Shown: positions 1 to 9,744 of the stretch, piece by piece
Position numbering within the stretch: position 1 is the stretch's first letter
Layout of the letters: each line of letters opens with the position of its first letter
Assembly (NCBI GenBank): GCA_046290225.1
Contig: JBKAGE010000039.1
Coordinates: 32,001 to 96,000, forward strand
Length of the DNA: 64,000 bases
Reading direction: 5' to 3'
Origin: Bradymonadia bacterium
Lineage (GTDB): Bacteria > Myxococcota_A > Bradymonadia > UBA7976 > UBA1532
Notes under the pieces: model-generated
Database searches by the model: none
Seen by the model: only the letters and a program-made list of their open reading frames with translations
Told to the model about the DNA's origin: nothing
Position numbers and translations under genes: made by a program

Positions 1-142
1 AGAGCCTCCACTCTAATCGGGTCATGCCACCCAGACTTGATCTGCACGGTCGATCTCCGGGCATGTTTCCTCTACACGTGATGTTGTGAACTCAGGCTGG
101 GCCGTGTCGCTCTGTCTGAACGCGTCGGTGACGGAGGAACAT

Positions 143-1069
143 ATGGGCGATGAGCGCGAACGCGCAGAGGGTGAAGCGGTCTCCCGCCGAGGCGCGCTCC
201 AGACCATTGGAGCGTTGACCGCCAGCCTCGCCCTGTCAGGGTGCGGGGCGTCGAGTCTGTCCGAGGGTGAAGAAGATGCCGGTGGCCCTACCGGCGGTCG
301 CCCCGACGCTGATGTGCCCGAAGACATGGGAGCCGGCGCCCTCGACGCGATGTCGAGGGATGCCGCGCCAGCAGACGCCAGCCCTCGAGATGGACAGGTC
401 GCTGATGCATCGAACACTGATGAGGGGGTGGGGGACACCGCTGTGCCCGACGCCGCACCTGAAGACGCGATGTTGCCCGACGCGCAGATGTGTGTGGTGA
501 CCCCTGAACAAATCGAAGGGCCCTATTTTCTCGATACTGGCTTGAATCGGCGGGACATCACCGAAGATCGGCAGGGCGTGCCCCTCACGGTGCGCTTCAA
601 CGTCGTGGAGGCGCCCAGCTGCAGGCCGCTCGAGGGCGCCATCGTGGAGCTGTGGCACGCAGACGCCGAGGGGGCGTACTCGGGGTTCGACGAAGATGAG
701 GGCAACCTCGCAGATCACGCCGGGCGCACGTTCTTGCGAGGGTATCAACGCGCTGACGCTCAAGGGCAGGTGGAGTTCACCACGATCTACCCCGGGTGGT
801 ATCCCGGCCGCGCCCCCCATGTGCACGTGCAGGTCATCCTCGGTGACGACGAGCTCGCCGGTACACAGTTCTACTTCGACGACGCGGTGTCGGAGCGTGT
901 CTATGGTCAGGGGGTGTATGCCGCACGGGGCAAACACGACACCAACAACATCAAAGACACTGTGAGCCGGCGCAATGGTGGTCCGGGGACCGGCCCGCTG
1001 CTGTTCCAGATCGCAGAAGAGGGCAATGGCGTGATCGTGCGTTATACCATCGGGGTCGTGACACCCTGA
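143..1069 (+). CDS. Intradiol ring-cleavage dioxygenase-like protein, Tat-exported lipoprotein
   Basis: GGAGGA RBS before ATG 143. Twin-arginine SRRGAL plus lipobox LSGC, then an acidic linker. Motifs EGPYF, WHADAEGAYS, LRGYQ and TIYPGWYPGRAPHVH (Tyr/Tyr/His/His iron ligands). Confidence 0.85.
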   Translation: MGDERERAEGEAVSRRGALQTIGALTASLALSGCGASSLSEGEEDAGGPTGGRPDADVPEDMGAGALDAMSRDAAPADASPRDGQVADASNTDEGVGDTAVPDAAPEDAMLPDAQMCVVTPEQIEGPYFLDTGLNRRDITEDRQGVPLTVRFNVVEAPSCRPLEGAIVELWHADAEGAYSGFDEDEGNLADHAGRTFLRGYQRADAQGQVEFTTIYPGWYPGRAPHVHVQVILGDDELAGTQFYFDDAVSERVYGQGVYAARGKHDTNNIKDTVSRRNGGPGTGPLLFQIAEEGNGVIVRYTIGVVTP

Positions 1070-1089
1070 GCACGCACCATCGATGGAGC

Positions 1090-1419
1090 TTGCCCGTGAA
1101 GCATCTGTACCTCGCCCTCGCCGTCTTGGGCACTGTGGTGCCCCTGGCCATCTTCGCGCCGTGGTTCACAACGCACGGCCTCGATGTGCCGCTGTTGGTA
1201 CAGGAGATGTTCTCCACCACCGTATCGAGCTTTTTCAGCACAGATCTCATCATCAGCGCTCTGGTGGTCTTTGTCCTCGTTGGTCGAGGCATGCGCCGAG
1301 GCATACCTCATGTATGGCTCGCTGCCCTGGGCACCGTGAGCGTAGGTGTGTCGCTGGGGCTGCCGCTCTATCTCTACCTCGAGGCGCGCCATGAAGAGAC
1401 GGTGTCTGAGGGAGGATGA
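1090..1419 (+). CDS. Small membrane protein, DUF2834-like
   Basis: Three hydrophobic segments, DL motif and C-terminal GVSLGLPLYLYL. Start may be GTG 1096. Confidence 0.7.
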   Translation: MPVKHLYLALAVLGTVVPLAIFAPWFTTHGLDVPLLVQEMFSTTVSSFFSTDLIISALVVFVLVGRGMRRGIPHVWLAALGTVSVGVSLGLPLYLYLEARHEETVSEGG

Positions 1420-1421
1420 AG

Positions 1422-1820
1422 TCAAGCCTTTTGAGGCAGGCCGTCTTCGAGGCTGTAATAGTCACCGCGCTCTGAGGTGAAGACGTGAATGGCGATCTCC
1501 ACCCCCGTGGGATCATCGAAGGCCCCCATGGCCACCGCAGTCCAGTCATGGTGGATCGGATCCCAGAACAAGGTGGATCCACATGTGTCACAGAACCCGC
1601 GGCGTACCTTCTCCGAGCTCTGATACCACTTCACGTGGTCTTCCCCCTCCACGACCCGCAATGACGTGCGCGGCATGTCGGTGGACACCAGAAAATGCCC
1701 AGTGCTCTTGCGACATGCCACACAGTGGCAAGCGTCGGGGGCTTTCAAGGGGCCGTCGACCTCGAAGCGCACCGCGCCGCAGAGGCAGCTGCCCGAGAGC
1801 TAGTTGGGATCATTGTGCAT
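1422..1820 (-). pseudogene. GFA/CENP-V family protein with in-frame TAG at codon 7
   Basis: From ATG 1820 the frame reads MHNDPN*LSGSCLCGAVRFEVD..., continuing to CHCVACRK and FCDTCGSTLFW. The stop at 1802-1800 separates the ATG from the first CxC motif. Confidence 0.65.
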
Positions 1821-1878
1821 GAGGCGTTCGATCCGATTCAGGGTGTGAGCGACGTGGGCCTCTGGACGGGAGCTTAGC

Positions 1879-3144
1879 TCAGCGTATTCGGGGCCACAAC
1901 GTCGTCAGCTCGGCGCCTCCGAGGGGGGATTGGCCGATCTCCACGGCGCCCCCGTGGCGCTGCATGATACGGCTCACGATGGCCAGGCCCAGACCCACGC
2001 CGCCGGTCTCACGGCTGCGGTCAGCCTGGAGCCTGAAGAAGGGCACCAGCACCTTCTCTCGCTGCGTCTCGGGGATGCCCGGCCCGTCATCGTGGATGGC
2101 CACCCGCACGTGATCGTCGTCTTGAGTCAGCTGCAGTAAGACCCGCCCGGCGGCGTGTTGCATGGCGTTGCGCAGAAGGTTCTCCACCGCCCGTTGAAAC
2201 AGTCGCGGATCTGCGCAGATCGAAGTGCCCTCAGGCAGCTCGACTGTGAGCGTAGGTGATTGAGCTTCAGGGGCGTCAAGGGTGGCGAGTTCGGCGAGAT
2301 CCGTGAGGCTGCGGTGGGGGTCGAAGGTGGAGCTCTCGAGGGTGAGCTCGTCGGACTGCACATAACTGAGCAACTCGGCGACCAGGGCGTCGAGAGCGTC
2401 GAGCTCGCGGGTCATGGCATCGAGGCGCTGTTGCTGTGGCAGATCAGCGTCGTCTTCGAGGAGTGCCAGATGGAAGCGCAGCCGCGACAGAGGAGAGCCA
2501 AGCTCGTGAGAGACCGCCTGTACAAGCTCGTCTCTGCTGCGCACGAGCCGTTCGATGCGCTCGGCCATGGCGTTGAACTTCGCCGCGAGCTCTCGCGAGG
2601 GACCACCCTCGCTGTGCACCCGGGCGTTGAGATCACCCGTGGCCAGGGCCTCGCTGGCCCGCTCCACTTTCTGGATGGCCCGCTCCACCCGCAGTGCCAG
2701 CAGCCCTGCGAGCAGCGGCAGGGCGATGGCGGCGATGAAGAGCCCGATGGGCAAGAAGCCCTTGGGGTTCGTGGGATCCATGGGACCCACCGCCAGCGCG
2801 CCGCTGCCGTCTTTGAAGGCGAAGAAGTACCATTCTTCATCGAAGTCGACCCGGTGGGGGATGTGCTCACCTGGGTGTACGGGCTTCGAGATGTGTCTGC
2901 GCACCTCGTCGAGGTTCATCAGGCTCAATGGGGCTTCATAGTGTGGTTGTAGAGAGGCCACGCGCTCGGCGCGTCGAGCCACAGGCTGCGCCTCCACCAG
3001 CTCCAGGGCCAGGAACACGCCATCTGTCTGTGCTCTGTCTTCGAGCCAGGACAATGTGCGGCTGTACCCGAGCATGAGCACGAAGCTCAGAGTCCAGCAC
3101 CCGAGCACGCTGAGCACCACCAGCCTGACGAATGAGCGCCTCAC
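1879..3144 (-). CDS. Sensor histidine kinase (RstB/CpxA-like)
   Basis: Two TM segments, HAMP, H-box SHELGSPL, N-box NLLRNA, DDGPG, GLGL. Overlaps the response regulator stop. Confidence 0.9.
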   Translation of the reverse strand: MRRSFVRLVVLSVLGCWTLSFVLMLGYSRTLSWLEDRAQTDGVFLALELVEAQPVARRAERVASLQPHYEAPLSLMNLDEVRRHISKPVHPGEHIPHRVDFDEEWYFFAFKDGSGALAVGPMDPTNPKGFLPIGLFIAAIALPLLAGLLALRVERAIQKVERASEALATGDLNARVHSEGGPSRELAAKFNAMAERIERLVRSRDELVQAVSHELGSPLSRLRFHLALLEDDADLPQQQRLDAMTRELDALDALVAELLSYVQSDELTLESSTFDPHRSLTDLAELATLDAPEAQSPTLTVELPEGTSICADPRLFQRAVENLLRNAMQHAAGRVLLQLTQDDDHVRVAIHDDGPGIPETQREKVLVPFFRLQADRSRETGGVGLGLAIVSRIMQRHGGAVEIGQSPLGGAELTTLWPRIR

Positions 3145-3845
3145 CGGGCGGCCAGCAGATAGCCCACGCCGCGTACCGACTTGAGGCGGGTGGGATCAAA
3201 GCCAGAGCGCTGGAGCTTGCGGCGAATACGGCTGATGTGTACGTCCATGCCCCGATCGATGCCGTCATACTCGATGTCGAGGATCTCGGTATAGAGCGTG
3301 TCTCGCTCCACGACGCTGCCCCCGTGGCGAGCCAGCATGAGCAGGATGTCGAACTCCATCGAGGTGAGAGAGACCCCCTGGTCTTCGATGTAGGCCTGCC
3401 GGGCGGCGACGTCGATGCGCAGCGGCGCTACCCGCAGCCATCCATCGTCCGTGGGTGCCGAAGGGCGAACTGCACCGGTGCGCCGAAGCTGAGTTCGGAT
3501 GCGGGCCAGCAGCACCCGGGGCTCGATGGGCTTGATCACGAAGTCGTCGGCCCCGAGCTCGAGGCCCGAGACATGATCGGCGTCGCTCTGGCTGGCGGTG
3601 AGCATCACGATGGCGCCGGTGTAGCGACCGCGCACCTGGCGGCAGACCTCGAGGCCGCTCATGCCCGGGAGCATCAGGTCGAGCACGACGAGATCTGGCT
3701 GGAGCGCATTGATCTGGCGTACCCCATCGTCTCCAGAGGCGGCACGGTCGAGGGTGAAGCCGTGCTGGCCGAGGTATTCCACGAGCAACCCGGCGAGGGC
3801 GTCGTCGTCCTCGACGATGAGGATATGGGGCTGGGGGCTGTGCAT
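3141..3845 (-). CDS. OmpR-family response regulator (RstA-like)
   Basis: ILIVEDD, LDLMLP, GADDFVIKP; winged helix with YDGIDRGMDVHISRIRRKL and KSVRGVGY. Confidence 0.9.
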   Translation of the reverse strand: MHSPQPHILIVEDDDALAGLLVEYLGQHGFTLDRAASGDDGVRQINALQPDLVVLDLMLPGMSGLEVCRQVRGRYTGAIVMLTASQSDADHVSGLELGADDFVIKPIEPRVLLARIRTQLRRTGAVRPSAPTDDGWLRVAPLRIDVAARQAYIEDQGVSLTSMEFDILLMLARHGGSVVERDTLYTEILDIEYDGIDRGMDVHISRIRRKLQRSGFDPTRLKSVRGVGYLLAAR

Positions 3846-3975
3846 GACCTTTTCAGAGGACCATCTTCCATCACCGGACTCAAACAACTCATCACTTCTC
3901 TACAGTTCGTACATTGCTCTCATGAGGGGCAGCTCGTTCACTTGAGTTCAGTCACTTCATGAAAGGAGCTGAAGC

Positions 3976-5814
3976 ATGTGGCGTGTCAAAACCCTGGTCG
4001 CGTTGAGTCTCTGCGTTGCCCTCGCGGGTTGTGATGATGAGGACAGCGAGGCGGAGAGCACAGGTGGCGAAGGCGGCGCTGTTGCAGGCGCAGGTGGGGC
4101 CGCTGGCGGTGCTGGTGGAGAGGCCGGCATGGGCGGCGCCCACGAGATGCCCGACGACACAGCCTGTGACGCTGAGCCTGTGATCCGGACCACCGCCGCA
4201 GGTGTCGAGTTCGTGCGCACGCCCGATGCGTGCTTCGAGGGCCTGCCAGGGTGGCCCTTCGAAGCCGAGTACGTGGAGATCGACGGGCTGCGGCAGGGCT
4301 ATGTCGACGAGGGCCCTGCCGATGGCCCCGTGGTCTTGCTGCTCCACGGCCAGCCCTCGTGGTCCTATCTGTATCGCAAGATGATCCCCGTGCTCGCCGA
4401 GGCCGGGTATCGGGTCATCGCCATGGATCATCTCGGCATGGGTCGCTCCGACAAGCCCGTGGACATCGAGCAGTACACATATCTCGGCCACAATGATCGC
4501 CTGTTGCGCTTCATCGAGGCCCTCGAGCTGCGAGACATCCACTTGTTCGTTCAGGACTGGGGCAGCCTCATCGGCCTGAGAGTGGCGGGCCTCAACCCCG
4601 ATCTCTTCGCCCGCATCGCCGTGGGCAATGGGGACTTGCCGGTCATCCCCGAGGGGTTCCAGCCTTTCGAGCCCGTGGAGAACCCGAACGAGCCCGCCGA
4701 CTTGCCGCTGCCCTTTGGGGGGATCCCGGATCAGCAAGTGCCGTTTTATGACGGCTGTGACCCCCTGTTCAGCGGTGGAGATGCGCCTCAAGGGGGCTTT
4801 GGGGCGTGGATGGAGTATGCCTTGAGAGCCACGAACTTCAGGCCCTCCGAGGTCATCGAGGCGCTGACCTGGTTCGACTTGCCGCCAGACGAAGAGGCTG
4901 CCTATGACGCGCCCTACCCGAGCCGCATCTACATGGCCGGTCCCAGAACCTTCCCCTCGCTGGTGAACGAACTCCCAGGCACCACCGAGGCGGCCTGGGC
5001 CGGGCTGATGGCGTTCGAGAAGCCCTTCATCACCCTCTGGGCGGCGAACGATCCCGGGAACCTCGGTCAGTGCGCCACTCAACAGAAGCTCGTGGACAGC
5101 ATCCCCGGTGCTCAGGGGCTGCCCCATATGCGTTTGCCAGAGGCCAGCCACTTCTTGCAGGACGATCAGGGGGCCCAGATCGCCCAGCGACTCGCAGCCC
5201 TCTTCAAGATCGTGCCGCACCGCCGCGCCTCACGGTATTGCGAGCTGCTGATCGTATATATGCACGATGGCGCGCTCGAAGCAGAGGTGTGGGGTACACC
5301 TGGTCTGAACGCCTGCCCCGAAGAGGCCTGGGCGGCCATCGACATCGACGCCATTCAGGCCGAGACCGGGGCCCTCGCGGTCATCCGGAACGGGCCCCGT
5401 CATTGGATCCCCAACACCACCACTTCCGAAGCCCAGGGAGAGCGTATGCGCCGGACCTTTGGCACGTTGGAGATGAACCTCCTCGCCAGCGTACCGCTCG
5501 AATCAGGTGCTCAGGAGAGTACCCCCTACACACCACAAATCGTCCGAAGGGCCACCACATACACCTTCAACGCGGGCGAGGAGATTTACGAGCTGACCTC
5601 AGCAGAAGGGGAGATCTACGTGATGCAGTCGATGTCGCTGATGTCCGACCCCGAGCTGACCTTTGCAGATCTGCCGAATCTCTCAGCACGGCTGAGTCTG
5701 CCCGAGGGTTGGGCCTATCAGGCCCGGACCCTGAGCGAAGATCTGGTCATGTCTGTTGATGGAGAGGCCACTGTGTTGATTGATGACTTGGGCAACACCT
5801 ATCAGCAGCGCTGA
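3976..5814 (+). CDS. Haloalkane dehalogenase lipoprotein fused to a C-terminal domain of unknown function
   Basis: Lipobox LAGC-DDED and Gly/Ala linker. Motifs RTPDACF, HGQPSWSYLYRKMIP, nucleophile QDWG, AYDAPYP, SHFLQDD. About 190-aa extra domain beginning RYCELL. Confidence 0.85.
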   Translation: MWRVKTLVALSLCVALAGCDDEDSEAESTGGEGGAVAGAGGAAGGAGGEAGMGGAHEMPDDTACDAEPVIRTTAAGVEFVRTPDACFEGLPGWPFEAEYVEIDGLRQGYVDEGPADGPVVLLLHGQPSWSYLYRKMIPVLAEAGYRVIAMDHLGMGRSDKPVDIEQYTYLGHNDRLLRFIEALELRDIHLFVQDWGSLIGLRVAGLNPDLFARIAVGNGDLPVIPEGFQPFEPVENPNEPADLPLPFGGIPDQQVPFYDGCDPLFSGGDAPQGGFGAWMEYALRATNFRPSEVIEALTWFDLPPDEEAAYDAPYPSRIYMAGPRTFPSLVNELPGTTEAAWAGLMAFEKPFITLWAANDPGNLGQCATQQKLVDSIPGAQGLPHMRLPEASHFLQDDQGAQIAQRLAALFKIVPHRRASRYCELLIVYMHDGALEAEVWGTPGLNACPEEAWAAIDIDAIQAETGALAVIRNGPRHWIPNTTTSEAQGERMRRTFGTLEMNLLASVPLESGAQESTPYTPQIVRRATTYTFNAGEEIYELTSAEGEIYVMQSMSLMSDPELTFADLPNLSARLSLPEGWAYQARTLSEDLVMSVDGEATVLIDDLGNTYQQR

Positions 5815-7743
5815 TCAGTCGCAGACGAAGCCTGCAGCGTCTCTCACCGAGAGCGTGTCGTAGCTGATCACGCCGCCCTCGGCCCCGAGGGTGATCACCG
5901 CGCCATCTTCAACCCACAGTTCATCTGCCCAGAGGGCCCCGCCGGGCAGCTCGTCCCATCGCACGCGCACAGTGCGTTGGTCGTCGAGCAATCGCGCCCC
6001 TGAGGTGGTGACCGGATCTCGAAGGTGCCACCCCGTGTCGATTTGAAGCTCCCGATCCCAGGCGTCGAGGTGGAGCGCGATGGGTGATTCATCTGGCTCC
6101 CAATCGTCGAAGGTGGCGGTGAACGCTTCGAGGGCTTCGCCTGCCTCAGGCTGGATCAACACCCGGATCGTACTGTTCGGCCCGCCTCCGGTGACCTCCA
6201 GGTGCACGGCCGGGCTGTCATCGGGGGCGAACAGGGGCAAGCGGAAGCGCTCCACGTGACGGATGGTGTCGAGGGGCCACAGGCTGATCCTGGTGGTGCC
6301 GCCACCAGAGACCTCGAGGGTGGCCTTCAAAACCAGGCCATGTCGGTCCCACCAGGACACCCGGTTGGCGATCAGCACGCCAGCGGCCTCATCTCGCCCA
6401 TCGAGTCTCAACATACCTTCGGATTCCGTGACACCTTCGGTGATGGGGATCACCCCGTCGCCGGGGCCGTCACTCGCCCACAACACCCCATCTTCGAAGT
6501 CATCCTCCACGACAGAGAAGAGCGGATGCTCCACATAGCCGAGAGCGTCGTAGAAGTGAGCCTCGTTGGTGGCGCAGTGCCCACCGCCGGTTTGGATCAA
6601 CCGAGAGTGCAGACCATCGAGCTTCATGCCGTTGTGGTGCACGTTCATGATGTCGCCCTCGCGGAAGTCATCGAAGCTGGCCATGAGGGCGAAACGATGA
6701 CCAAAGTCACGCAGGTAGTCGATGTAGGGCACACCACCAACGTTGCGGAAGAAGGCCTCGCCCCAAAACTCATAGTGGCCGTCGGGCTCGCGAGTCTCGT
6801 AATCCTGATCCACCCGTCGGGGGTAGTTGGCGCCACAGCGTGGCATGGCACCGGTGTAGAGCTGTGGGTACTGATACAACAGCATGTTCGCCGTGCGGGC
6901 CCCACCAGAATTGCCCATGGCGTAGACGCGGGTCTCGTCGATGTTGAAGATCTCCATGGCCCGCAGGGTGCCCACCAGCGCCCGACCCATGCGGATGTCC
7001 ACGTTCACGGGATTGCCTGCACCATCAGGGGCGATCTGAATCAAGCGCTCGCGCTCCAGGAGCCCCCGGTAGCCACCGTTGGGTCCGCCGCCGTTGTTGC
7101 CCGAGTTGATGAACGTGATCAGGCCATAAGGCTCCGAGCCGTCGTACCCCGGAGGCACGTAGACGTCATAGGTGATCGTGTCGAGATCTTCGTCGAGTCG
7201 CACCACCCCTGGCTGTCCGACGGGTGGCACCACGACGCTGGGATCTTCGAGAGCTCCGAGCACGACATCGCCACTCACGCCCTCGGGATAGGGCGACACG
7301 GCCCCTGGGCGGGTGCCCTCGCCCCGCGGTGCCATCTGTGAGCGCGAGACTTCGCCACACACGCCCGTGGGTGGCGCGGCGTCAGGGAGAGCGAGGGCGG
7401 CGTCGAGCTCCGCATCAGCCAGCAGGGCGTCCGCAGGCTCAGCGTCAGAGAGGCCAGCGTCAGCAAGTTCAGCGTCAGAGGGGGCTGCATCTGATGCCGA
7501 GGCATCAAACATGTCGGTATCTGGGCCCCCAGCGTCTTCACCTGCCTGCGAAGATGCGTCAGCGATTGCGGCGTCTTCGATACCGGTCATTGCCACAGCA
7601 TCTGTGGTGCCGCCGTCGAGCGAGGCGCCAGACTGCGCATCTACGCTGTCGGCAGAGCCGTCATCATCACATCCGAAGAGACAAAGCTGTAGACAGGTGT
7701 AGAGGGTGAGAGAGAAGCGAAGATGTGTGCGTGCATGCCCCAT
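5815..7743 (-). CDS. Lipoprotein with alpha/beta-hydrolase (esterase/depolymerase-like) domain and unknown C-terminal domain
   Basis: LFGC-DDD, a long DA-rich stalk, YVPPGYDG, IDETRVYAMGNSGG (GxSxG) and GGHC. Confidence 0.65.
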   Translation of the reverse strand: MGHARTHLRFSLTLYTCLQLCLFGCDDDGSADSVDAQSGASLDGGTTDAVAMTGIEDAAIADASSQAGEDAGGPDTDMFDASASDAAPSDAELADAGLSDAEPADALLADAELDAALALPDAAPPTGVCGEVSRSQMAPRGEGTRPGAVSPYPEGVSGDVVLGALEDPSVVVPPVGQPGVVRLDEDLDTITYDVYVPPGYDGSEPYGLITFINSGNNGGGPNGGYRGLLERERLIQIAPDGAGNPVNVDIRMGRALVGTLRAMEIFNIDETRVYAMGNSGGARTANMLLYQYPQLYTGAMPRCGANYPRRVDQDYETREPDGHYEFWGEAFFRNVGGVPYIDYLRDFGHRFALMASFDDFREGDIMNVHHNGMKLDGLHSRLIQTGGGHCATNEAHFYDALGYVEHPLFSVVEDDFEDGVLWASDGPGDGVIPITEGVTESEGMLRLDGRDEAAGVLIANRVSWWDRHGLVLKATLEVSGGGTTRISLWPLDTIRHVERFRLPLFAPDDSPAVHLEVTGGGPNSTIRVLIQPEAGEALEAFTATFDDWEPDESPIALHLDAWDRELQIDTGWHLRDPVTTSGARLLDDQRTVRVRWDELPGGALWADELWVEDGAVITLGAEGGVISYDTLSVRDAAGFVCD

Positions 7744-7790
7744 GCGTGATCTCGAAGGTGGTGGTCGACGACCACCAACCTATCAGCAGA

Positions 7791-8372
7791 TCACGGTGTA
7801 GGACTACGTACGGGGGTGTTCGAGCGGGCCGCAGAGGCCTTCGGTGCGAAGAAGGTGTGGGTGGGGTTGTCTGCGGTGAGCGTCTCGACCTCGCGCTTGA
7901 GCGTGTGGCCACCTTCCGTCACCGTCACCTGTATTTCCAGGGGCTCCGGCTGAGCTGCCCAGAGGTTCGAGGTGAAGGTCAGAGCCTCTGGAGCCCCCTG
8001 CATGCGGGCCACCACCATGACGACGATCTCGCCGCTCTTGTCAGGATCGTGGTCGTAGCCCGTAGGCAGGTTGAGCAGCACTTTGTCGATGGTCGCAGGG
8101 GCGCCTGATGCGATCTGCAGTCCCTTGCGTACGGCGTCGTGCATGGCCCCACGGTGTGTGTTCAGCTCCGTCTGACTGAGTACGCCGTCCGCACACACTG
8201 GGATGTCCCGAAACGCCGAGACGGGCAACGAGAGGATCACATAGGCCTTCTCACCCACGATGTTGATCGTGCCCTTGCCCAAGGGCATCAGGTGCCCGTT
8301 GGCGGCGAAGGGCAGCACTGCGATGCCGAGCAGCATCGTGAGTAGACAGCACTTGAGTCGAGCGAGGACCAT
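7791..8372 (-). CDS. Secreted hypothetical protein with a His near the mature N-terminus
   Basis: Signal peptide ending AANG-HLM; co-oriented downstream of the YHYH gene. Confidence 0.65.
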   Translation of the reverse strand: MVLARLKCCLLTMLLGIAVLPFAANGHLMPLGKGTINIVGEKAYVILSLPVSAFRDIPVCADGVLSQTELNTHRGAMHDAVRKGLQIASGAPATIDKVLLNLPTGYDHDPDKSGEIVVMVVARMQGAPEALTFTSNLWAAQPEPLEIQVTVTEGGHTLKREVETLTADNPTHTFFAPKASAARSNTPVRSPTP

Positions 8373-8427
8373 GGTCGTTCAGCCTATGACGAGAGGAGTG
8401 GTCGAGTCATCGATGTCGAGCTGATGC

Positions 8428-9594
8428 TCAGGGAGGAGGGCCGCCACCAGGGGGGCCTCCGCCACCAGGTCCACCGCCGCCAGCGCTCGTACCCTTCACA
8501 CAGCGCTGTACGAAGGGGTACGTTGCGGTGATGTAATAGTGATAGATGCCGTCGGGGAACTCAGGGGTCACCGCGAAGCGACCATTACACTCGTCGAGAT
8601 CGCCGCTGCCCTCGACATACTCCCAGTCGGACTCGAAGTGCCCCAAGGGGAAGTCCTCAATAGAAGGACGATTCGCCTGCGGGGTCTCGATCGTGCGCCA
8701 GCTGCTCTGCATCTCTTCTACAGCCGAGCCGCCATCTTCAGGATCGGAGTGCCCCATCATCGAGTAGATGGGGAAGCCATCGGTGGCCCAGCCCACGAGG
8801 GTCATGCTGGTCTCATAATCCGGGTTGAGCGCTTCCACCAGGCTCACCGGGTTGCCGTGATAGTGGTATTGCCCGCCAGGCTGTACGTGGGCGTCGTTGA
8901 TGTCGACGCCGAACCCGAACTGCCAGGGGCTGGTGTCGCCCGGGGTCGCCACCATGCGCCACATATCGGAGCCCATGCCCGGATCGCAGTCCCCGACCGC
9001 CGTGGCGTCGTCGGGGCACGTGCCCGCCGTCGCTGGATCGAACTTGACGCTGTTGAGGGCATAGCCCGGCTCTTTCACATTGGTGACCTGACCGGTGAGC
9101 TCGGGGGTGAGGGTCATCGAGAAGGAGATGGTTTGTGCACTGATCTGACTGGCGAATTCACCGCCAGTGACGACGTGGTTGGGCACGCCGTTGCCTGTGA
9201 CCGTGCGCTCCATCTCGTCGCATGACCAGGTGAAGTTGTATGCGAGGGTGGTGTCGACAGGGGTGGTGGTACCATTCATGGGGTTCATGTGGTTGTACAC
9301 CAGCTGCTGTTCACCCTCCTCACCGTAGCCACACAGCACATTGGCAGTGCCATCACCCACTGGCGGTGTGCCAGCGTCAGGCTCTGGCATCTCGCCGGCG
9401 TCGGGGGCTGGCATCTCTCCAGCGTCAGGCTCGGGCGTCTCCTCACCCATGTCCGGAGCGTCACCTGTCTCCATGTCTGCAGTGGTTTCTGCGTCTGGGG
9501 TGTTGGCGCTGCCACCACCGTCGTCGTCATCGTCACACGCCGTCAGCGATCCGACGGCGAGGAGAGTGGCCAATAGAAAGTGTTGAGTGCTCAT
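8428..9594 (-). CDS. YHYH-domain lipoprotein
   Basis: LTAC-DDDDD, PDAGEM repeats, NGVPNH, AHVQPGGQYHYHG, GWATDGFPIY, GDLDECNG, YHYYIT; Gly/Pro tail. Confidence 0.88.
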   Translation of the reverse strand: MSTQHFLLATLLAVGSLTACDDDDDGGGSANTPDAETTADMETGDAPDMGEETPEPDAGEMPAPDAGEMPEPDAGTPPVGDGTANVLCGYGEEGEQQLVYNHMNPMNGTTTPVDTTLAYNFTWSCDEMERTVTGNGVPNHVVTGGEFASQISAQTISFSMTLTPELTGQVTNVKEPGYALNSVKFDPATAGTCPDDATAVGDCDPGMGSDMWRMVATPGDTSPWQFGFGVDINDAHVQPGGQYHYHGNPVSLVEALNPDYETSMTLVGWATDGFPIYSMMGHSDPEDGGSAVEEMQSSWRTIETPQANRPSIEDFPLGHFESDWEYVEGSGDLDECNGRFAVTPEFPDGIYHYYITATYPFVQRCVKGTSAGGGGPGGGGPPGGGPPP

Positions 9595-9663
9595 GGGCTC
9601 CTCGTGCCTGTCATGCAACATGTGCATATGCCGCGATGTCTACACCAAAACATTAAGGGAGAA

Positions 9664-9683
9664 TTGTGCAGACAATGTGCAGT
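9664..9683 (-). promoter_or_regulatory. Direct repeat (CTGCACA, 11-bp period), candidate OmpR/BaeR-family binding site
   Basis: + strand TTGTGCAGA-CA-ATGTGCAGT, between the response regulator stop and the YHYH start. Confidence 0.55.
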
Positions 9684-9744
9684 CAGGCAGGAGAAACGAC
9701 GAAGTTTGTTGCTCGGAGCACTCGAAACGAAGAGCTGCAATGCT

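Noticed and set aside
1800..1802. Genome-wide TAG recoding or pyrrolysine
   Set aside because: Only one instance seen, TAG terminates other genes normally, and no pyl genes are present.
9613..9627. ATGCAACATGTGCAT upstream of YHYH as another Zur-like box
   Set aside because: Spacer is 3 nt instead of 5.
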